DNA from: Balanoglossus misakiensis
Lineage: Eukaryota; Animalia; Hemichordata
Reading direction: 5' to 3'
NCBI GenBank assembly: GCA_040954595.2
Contig: CM082597.2
Location: 4,053,924-4,117,923, forward strand
DNA: 64,000 bases
A program made the translations under genes and the position numbers. The notes beneath the pieces were generated by a model that searched no databases, was not told the DNA's origin, and saw nothing but the letters and a program-made list of their open reading frames with translations. Of the stretch, positions 55,801-64,000 are shown in pieces. Positions within the stretch are counted from its first letter, which is position 1, and every line of letters begins with the position of its first letter.

Positions 55801-58800
55801 ACGGAGTGAGACTCACCAAAGACATACTGCAGCTAGAGTCTCTGGAGAAATCTACGTCCAGTCCCGGAAGATCTTATGGATTCCTGGATTTGTTCCGGGA
55901 CTGGGAATTGAGAAAGAGAATGCTTATTCTCATTTATACATGGTAGGACTTCGATTAATGTTTTGTCTCCTGGTATCATTTGCTTGTCCGCGTGACTGAG
56001 AAACTGCTTGATAATATGTGAGAATGCTCACAGAAGCAAGCATATGATGCTAGTGTCTACTCGCAATCTGGATCAGTTGCTGGGCTCACATCCTAGGGCT
56101 GTTCTCAGTTGAAGAAATGCCTGCTCTTTCTCAGTGTAACCTTGGAAACACAGCATAAAAAGGCTGGCCTGTGTAGCTGATATGGGTCTGGAATTCTATA
56201 GTCTTTTAAAGAGGAACTTGGACCAGAAGGCTTTTCTAAGCACAGTCATACTGTAAAACACTTTATTTTCGCGAGCGATAAATTTTCGCCAAATACGCGA
56301 GAGCCAAAATAGCGTGAAAATAAAAAGTCGCGTAAATTGTTTTTGAAGATAACGATGCAGTGAATGAAATAAAAGAACGCGAAAATTAATACACGCGAAA
56401 CAGTGGCCTCTCTCGATATCGCGAAAAATTTAACTCGCGAAAATAAAGTGTTTTACAGTAGTACATGTACTGTAAGGGTGAACCCTTTCACTCCTGTTCT
56501 CTCTATAGCGGTCCAACTTTGGACCAAACCATTGTGGTGTAAGGGTGAAACTTGATGTCATCTGCTTCTTTCCGTTGACAGGTTCACATGTAGTATGGTC
56601 TACTATGGTTTAACAATGAATGCAAGTAGTCTTGGGGGTGACAGGTATCTGAATTTCATGCTCTCTGGCATAGTGGAACTGCCAGCGTATCTAGTTTGCA
56701 TGATGTTCATAAACAGGTAAATATTTATGGAATTACTTTCAATGGAATGCACAGTAAAAGCTGTCTTTCAAACTTTATTTATTAAATATTTATGAAATTA
56801 CTTTCAATGGAATGCACAGTAAAAGGCTGTCTTTCAAACTTTATTTATTAAATATTTATGAAATTACTTTCAATGGAATGCACAGTAAAAGGCTGCCTTT
56901 CAAATTTTATTTATGGCTGGTTAGGGACTGGTCAGTTTCTTCGACTAGGGGGGGGTGGATTCTATTTTGTGGATATCAAAAAGTGACTGACCCCCCCCCC
57001 CCCCCCCACCATAGAACATGGAAAAGTTGGTGTCCCACCAGTCACCCCCATCACCCAATTCCAAAACAAGGAGACCTCCCCCATGAATTCCCCCCCCCCT
57101 CCCGCCCGAAGAAACTGATCAGTCCCTTAGCTGTATACATGTATTGACAGGCAATGGAGGCAACTAATCACTTTAACGTTATTGTTGTATTGTTTAGATC
57201 TGGGCGACAAAAGACTTTATTTTGGTCGATGATGTTAGGTGGAATAGCATGTCTATCGTTGATAGTCATTCCTTCAGATACAAGTAGGTTCAGATTTCTT
57301 TTGTTGTGTCTACGCTTTCTAGGAACATGTTTGACTACGTATGCACAGTTGAAAACGCAATTGATTTCCAGTGATAATAAGTAGTTGTAAAATAGTTGCT
57401 TTGTTTTGGACTTTTTTATTTCAAAATAATTTTTGTCAAATCTACATATCCGAAAAATTGGTGCATGTTTATAGCGCCACCAAGTAACAAAGTGTGCAAA
57501 CTCTTTGTTTATATAACTATTGTCAGTATTGGTACATGATGCATGTTAATTGCGCCACCTAGTGGCAATGTGTGAAAACTCGTTTATATGCCTATAATCA
57601 ATTGGTATACTGTAAAACACTTTATTTTCGCGAGTCAAAATTTTCGCAATTTCGAGAGAGGCCGAAATTTATTGCTCGCGAAATAAAGTGTTTTACAGTG
57701 CTACATATACATGTTAATAATGCCACCCAGTGGCAATGTGTAAAAGCCATTACTTTGATGTAAGTTTAAACTATTCTTACTACTTTCCAGATCATATTGA
57801 TTCCATTAAAACCTCCCTGGCGTTGCTAGGTAAAATGGGCATTGCAGCTGCTTTTAATATCATCTACATTTACAGTGCCGAACTCTTGCCAACAGTTTTA
57901 AGGTAAGACACTAATTCTCCCGACCTTAAATAGGTTTTGGCTACCTAGGTGGGTGATAAAAATATCACATGGTCGACACAATTTCAAGATGGCCGATTTT
58001 TGCCATGTTTAAGGAATAGGAGTTCGTAAGCTAAAGTGATGATGGGTCATTCTGAAACTTTTTAATAGAAAAAATAACAAAATGTGAAAAAAGTTTAATG
58101 AGTTTAATATAGTAACTACAAAGACAGACATGATCTGCGGAGGTGCCTGAAATACCAACTGGGTTTACATGTGTATTCCCGACCAGGCAATGAATAAACA
58201 GTGATCCTGTGTCACTGACATATAGCACTAAATTACAGGGACAAAGTCTCGCTCTCGCTGCCCTTCTTCCATTAATTATGTTTGATACAAGACACCACTT
58301 ATGTTATTCTGCATGTGGATATAGTGAATCAATGTTCGACCACACACGCCTCCCATCCGACTTGTAGACATGATAAAAACTCGCCAAAATGAATAATTGG
58401 TGTTAACTATTTATTCATTTCGGGCAAGTTTTCACTTTCACGTTAATGAGCAAAGGATTGTGTGAACGTCCTTGAATATGATTTAAATATTGTCCAGTCA
58501 CATCTGTTATGCAGGTCTTTGTCGTTATAGGTCCAACATTACCATAGTACATAATGGGTTTTTGGCCAAATCATTGCTGTGAAAGGGTTACTATGTGGTT
58601 CATCTGTTCCAAATTCATTCTGGTTTGTTTCAGGAATACTGGTCTCGGGGTATGCGCCATGGCTGCTCGTATTGGTGGAATTTTAGCTCCAGCTGTAGTC
58701 CCCCTGGTAATTGAATGCTACATTACAGTTTTACATACACAGAAAAAACCTACTGTAAAACACTTTATTTCGCGAGCAATAAATTATCGCCAAATACGCG

Positions 58801-59303
58801 AATGCCAAAATAGCGTGAAAATAAAAAGTCGCGTAATTTTTTTTTTTGAAGATAACGATGCAGTGAATGAAATAAGAGAACGCGAAAATTAATACTCGCG
58901 AAACAGTGGCCTCTCGCGATATCGCGAAAATCTTGACTCGCGAAAATAAAGTGTTTTACAGTATATAGTACCCTGGCTTGTTCAATGTTCTTTAGACTCA
59001 TTGTCTGTGTTTCATATGTTGTTATTTTAGGGTGAAAACGTGGCGTTTTTCATATTTGGAGGGACTGGTTTCACAGCCGGGGTATGTGACTATCTCCTGC
59101 CAGAGAGCCTGAACAAACCCCTGCCTGAAACGGTAGCTGACCTGGCACAGGCCAGGTCAAAGGTCGTGAACAAGGAAGCCATGGTGATGGACTCGCAAAG
59201 GATCGAAGATGTAGCAAGGACAATTGATAAGCTCTCAAGTAACCATAGCGACATGGAGTTCCCGGAGAACATGACTGAAAAGGATGCATTAATTCGAGAA
59301 TAA
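52877..59303 (+). CDS. SLC22A15: Solute carrier family 22 (organic ion, MFS) transporter, SLC22A15-like, ~527 aa
   Basis: Exons 52877-53125, 53710-53915, 54423-54552, 55239-55330, 55715-55942, 56582-56716, 57198-57283, 57791-57902, 58634-58706, 59031-59303 (1584 nt). Motifs [50 protein letters not shown]. The short first extracellular loop favours the A15 clade; family call is firmer than the orthology. Confidence 0.8.
54569..54918. mobile_element. Foldback-type non-autonomous transposon, TTAA TSD (Kolobok-like). Relatives at 40008-40094 (short), ~55354-55565, ~58237-58435
   Basis: ttaaagggacaaagtctctctctcgctgccc ... gggcagcgagagagagactaagttgtccctttaa; the arms are complementary over most of the length. 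Confidence 0.8.
56718..56914. repeat. Three copies of a ~65-bp minisatellite starting at the SLC22 exon-6 donor
   Basis: taaatatttatg(g/a)aattactttcaatggaatgcacagtaaaag.. at 56718, 56783, 56849. Confidence 0.92.
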
Positions 59304-61800
59304 AAAATTAGAAGACCATATAACATTGCAAGATGTTCATCAGTATTACTGAAATAGTGCTATTCCTCTTATTAAATAAACACACATACACACACTAGAT
59401 GAGTGGTCGCCATGGGCGACCATTTATATGAACTGAAGAAGAAAATTGTACGTTGAAGTACAAGGCTTCCCTAACAATCACATCATAAAATCAATGAAAT
59501 CATACCTTTGCAAGAAATTGAGAAAATTCTACAGCTATTTTTCTGATGTACGATCACTAATATTGAAATTATAGTAATTTCTTTTAATTGTTGATTTTTG
59601 GAATTTCCTTTGTAAATATGATTAAAATCCGTAATACTAATAAAGTATAGGGCCCCTGTGCTTGTTGTTGAAATACAAGGCGTTTAATTAATTCAGTTGA
59701 TGATAATACTGCTGAGCCAAAGCATTTTTTCACCAATTGTTTTTTTTAAGGGTGACCACATTCAACAAAGTTACAGGGAATCTCAAACTTGAGAACAGAT
59801 TGGGTGAGCCATACTATAAGCTTTCTGGAAACTATGACAACAGTATAGAAGTTGTGCGATACTCGATATGCTATCGGAAGTTTTTGGTGCGCTATCACCT
59901 CAACCTTTACACTGTCGTAGTTTTAATTTATCACTTGCAAAAATCTTAAAATACCAAAATTTCCAAAAACACCTGGTATATTCTTCGTTGACATTTAACT
60001 ATTTGACATTTAACTATTACTGGTACCTCATTTGCATAAATACAATGTTGAGGGGAATTAGAATAATTCACTTAATTGAAGTAAAGGTCGAATGAGGAAG
60101 ACCCCACACACAGTGGGCAAAGGAATGCGATTTTCAATATGACACTGAACGCTAACACGAAATTCTCGAAGATACACTTCCAACAATACTTTAAGGGATA
60201 ACCATTTGATTTCTTGGGGGTGGAAGGTTTTAGTATGTCAGCAATTTTCTGCCAGTCCACCTTTTATCTCATGGCACTGCAGAAGCAAAGAAGCAAATGT
60301 TTTTCCTCCGCACCATCTGCCAACAGATTTTCTCCAAAATCACCCCCCCCCCCAACAAAAAAATCAAATGGTGCTCCCCTTATAGCCAGTGCACACGCAC
60401 AAAGCACATGAAGACTCCCCTGTTTCCAAGTCCAGGTGAAAAAAAATGGCCAGGTACAGTCAGAGAGACTTAATCCTCAGGAATAATAACTGCGCAACAG
60501 CAGCCAAATTATCTAAATTTCACACATTTTTCCACACGTGTAATTAAAGAATGTTTTTTCTCTTTGCATCGAACTTTTACGGGTAAATATTACATAATTT
60601 ATAAAGTGTCAAACAAAATATCTTTATTTATTAAGAGTTTTACATGTATATATGTATGTATGTTAGGTAAGCCTGTGTAATCTTGGTTTCCAATACGCAG
60701 CAATGTTAACAAATTAAATGGATGCACCGTCATAATTAACACATACCAACAAAACGCGTTTCGTCGGCGATATTCAAAGAAATGTAAAATAAAACGTATC
60801 TCTGGTTAGCATCTGTTTGAGAATATATTATTAAGTATAAATATTCATTATGGAAATGAAAACTAATTTTTGATACTTTCTACGGTTGTACATTGTGCTG
60901 GTACATGTACTTTTGTCCAAATATATGTTAGGATTTTGTTTTCAAAAACAGGTATTGTAATTTTCATATGGTCACGTGTCAAATTGTGTTATCTTTAAAA
61001 AGGGCTGACACTGCGGAGAAATTTACAAGACTGTCAACGTCTTTCGGGCGTTGTTCGAGAACCGTCAGCTGACCCACATTATCAACTAACAAGGTATGTC
61101 AGAGCACTTTCTGTTACTTTGATGTGTCTGCGTAGACTAGCCCACTAGTCGCTTGGTGATTTTTAAATCTCAATACTTTTTGTGTTTTCGGTGGTTTTTT
61201 GTCTTAATAAATAATTTCAATACTTTTTGCGTGCATGCTTGCCTTTAGCGTGTTTTTGGTAGTGAGGCGAGTTTCGAATTTGCGACTGAGCTTGTGGTTT
61301 CGGGTAGCGTCGACACGTTCCCTACACATCCCATAGACTTGGAGCAAGTCTAGTGTCTGCGGTATTTTGTACACCAAACGTGGCAATTCGACGCCAGTTC
61401 ATCCTTACATGTTTATATATATATATCCGTATATATACCTATATGTCGCTGCTACTGCGGATCCGTACCCCTACTATCTCCCCTCCCCCCTCTCGCTGTA
61501 GGTTATGACCTATAGGTCGTCTATCGCTATCAAGAAAGTCTCCATAATAAGCGATTGCAATTATTCGTAGGGGCAGACATCGATCTGACAAGAAAGCAAA
61601 TATGCATTGCACTGTACAATGTATAAGCTTCCGAGTACGACAACCTGCCCCGTGACATTGGCCTACTATTACTTAAATTCGAAGTATGTCAGTATGTAAA
61701 ACGAGAAGCTAATATGTTTAGAAGTCGCGAAAAGGCGAAGACGTCGCCGGGAGACGTCGCAGCATAAAATTGTAATGTCGAGAGCAATGCGCGTTTGCAC

Positions 61801-62452
61801 CGGTACATGCAGATATATTGCGCACGCACTCGAACATTAACAGTTGCTGGACAGGACGACACTCCCAAGCCAGGTTAGTCTGGTTCCCGGTCTAGTGTCT
61901 GATGTTCGCTTTGCTTCAAAGACCAACGTCTATTTGGAAGCAAAGCGCTCAACATACGGCTAGATACTAGACTGCAGCCAGGTCGAGAAATGCTGAATTC
62001 CATAGGTCATTCATCCGAATGTGGGCCTAAAACAGTCACGTATTTAAAATCATTGATATTCATGATATTGTAAGACTGAGAATTAGAATTTAAATATGAA
62101 TCCTGTGTTGACTACAAAACAAAAGACTCTAAAATTTGCATCTTATTTCAACGCATCTGTGTGCGACGGTACATGCCGATAGATTGCGCACGCACTCGAA
62201 CACGAACAGTTGCTGGACGTCAGGACGACACTCCCAAGCCAGATTAGTCTGGTTCCCGGTCTAGTGCAGTGTCTGATGTTCGCTTTGCTTCAAAGACCAA
62301 CGTCTATTTGGAAGCAAAGCGCTCAACACCCAAATGTGAGCCTAAAACAGCCAGGTATTTGAAATCATTGATATTGTAAGACTATTATAGTTTAAATATG
62401 AATCTTGTGGTGGCTACAAAACAAGACTCTAAAATTTGGATATTATTTCAAC
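61801..62452. repeat. ~366-bp tandem duplication upstream of the last gene
   Basis: cggtacatgc..ttgcgcacgcactcgaac at 61801 and 62167; shared 'caggacgacactcccaagcc' and 'gatgttcgctttgcttcaaagaccaacgtctatttggaagcaaagcgctcaaca'. Confidence 0.9.
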
Positions 62453-62461
62453 ACGTGTACT

Positions 62462-62471
62462 CCTATAAAAG
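62462..62471 (+). promoter_or_regulatory. TATA box candidate for the LamG-domain gene
   Basis: cctataaaag, ~280 bp upstream of ATG 62742, with an acceptor at 62679-62680 in between. Confidence 0.45.
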
Positions 62472-62741
62472 TGCGTACATGTGTTTTGACAATCTCTCTT
62501 CAATTTAAAAGCCACTGCACAGGCCTGAGTACTGAAGATAGTACATGCAGCTCCTTCTAGTAATAGGGTTGGCTCAACTCAAACGCCTCAAAGTACAGTT
62601 GACAATCTATCGGTTAAAAATGTTCTAGTTATTCTGTGAACGTTATTGATCACTGACTGAACACGTGTTTTTATTGACAGGCTGGAACTTTCACTGAACA
62701 GTTTAGTAATCTCGGACGAAGTAGCAACTCGGCTGATCAAA

Positions 62742-63942
62742 ATGAACGTGCTGATTGTCATCGCAGGCGCGTTACTCGTCAGCGGAAATGCATCTGGTAA
62801 GTGAGCCGTCATTATTTACGGACTTTGGGGGTCGGAGGAATGCGGGGGGGGGGGGGGTATTCAAAATTTTGGAGTTTAGAGTGGAATTCCTCCGACCCCA
62901 CAGGCCGTAAAAAATGACGGCTCCATAAGTAAAAGAAAATATTTGCTATTTCGAACTTTTAACCTGTACACAAGTAACTGCGTGATCTCCCTAAATAGCC
63001 AGGTTTTTGTGGTTTCACTGAAGGGCATCAACACAGACGACTCTAAAGATACTTTGTACAAGTCGTTTTCCTTTGCGCATGCGTCAACACAGCTTGACAC
63101 ATAGCGTAGCGCAGCCAGCGGTGGGATTGGGGCAGGGGACCAGACTACTTGACACAGTCCGTAATCAAGACTCAGGAAAATAGATAAAAATACTTGCAAG
63201 TTATACTTTTGGGTAAAGCTGGATATAATTCCGATATATTCTTCTAATTGTTTTTTGTTCGTTCATATATGTTTAGCTTGTCATTTTCTTGTATTGAATT
63301 CAGAACTTCCGGACCCCGTTGCATTCTGGCCACTCGACAGTGAGGCATTACTGAAGGATACATCCGGCCATGGTAATGACGGTACAAATGGCGGCGATGC
63401 TGTCCTCGTTCGTAATGCAGAGGGTACCTTAGCCGGAGCTTATCAATTTACTGGCAGCCAGTTCTCGTACATCGATTTCCCGAATAATGGTGCACTCGAC
63501 ACAAAATACTCGATGACCATGGCGGCCTACATATACCCACAAAATGGATTCGGCCCGATATTCCAATATAATCCACGTGGTTACAGTGTTTATTTATGGG
63601 GTGGTACAAATTTGTTATTATCGTCATTCTTCGAAAGAGGATCCTCAAGAAAATTCTCGCCCGTAGTTACATTCTCAATGCAGCAGGAAAAATGGAGCTT
63701 TGTTGCCACTAGTTACAACTACGACACTGGCATGACCAAACTCTGGGTAGATGGTCAAGTGGTTAGCTCGAAAGACATCGGCAAAAGTGAGATGGCTACA
63801 TACTACAGTGCGGTGATGGGCAGACGAGCTGCTTATGATGACCGGTATCTAAAGGCTATGGTGACATGCATGCAGATTTATGACAGAGAGTTGACTCCAG
63901 GACAAATGCTGGAGGCCGAGAGTAAATGCAAAATGGGCACAG
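62742..63942 (+). CDS. Secreted protein with LamG-like (concanavalin A-like lectin/glucanase) domain; continues beyond window
   Basis: Signal-peptide exon 62742-62796 (MNVLIVIAGALLVSGNAS, G|gtaagt), then phase-1 exon 63304-63942: PVAFWPLD..DTSGHGNDG..SYIDFPNNGALDT..WSFVATSYNYDTGMTKLWVDG..MQIYDRELT. Not listed in the ORF track. Confidence 0.82.
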
Positions 63943-64000
63943 GTATTTCACTGTTTTTATTTAGCCTTAACCACAATCGAATATGCAATCTGAATGAAAT

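Overview
Intron-rich animal genomic DNA, probably a marine invertebrate deuterostome (hemichordate-like; inferred from gene content and repeats). I reconstructed seven spliced genes by hand from GT-AG sites and reading frame: TLCD5/TMEM136 (+), RABAC1/PRA1 (-), TBCEL (+, head-to-head with RABAC1), a 20-exon Na+/K+-ATPase alpha subunit (+, ~1035 aa), a secreted short pentraxin (-), an SLC22A15-like transporter (+), and the start of a secreted LamG/ConA-domain gene (+). Introns carry several MITE families and tandem repeats. Main observations: (1) a tandemly duplicated, apparently mutually exclusive pair of 135-nt actuator-domain exons in the sodium pump, with a distant branch point/AG-free zone, competing RNA duplexes and an ACUAAY cluster; (2) a hidden Pro/Tyr-rich exon or small gene interleaved with RABAC1 and missing from the ORF track; (3) duplicated decoy 3' splice sites before the last two pump exons; (4) a gene order resembling an ancestral block now split among human ATP1A-related regions. 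Exon models are unverified by transcript data.
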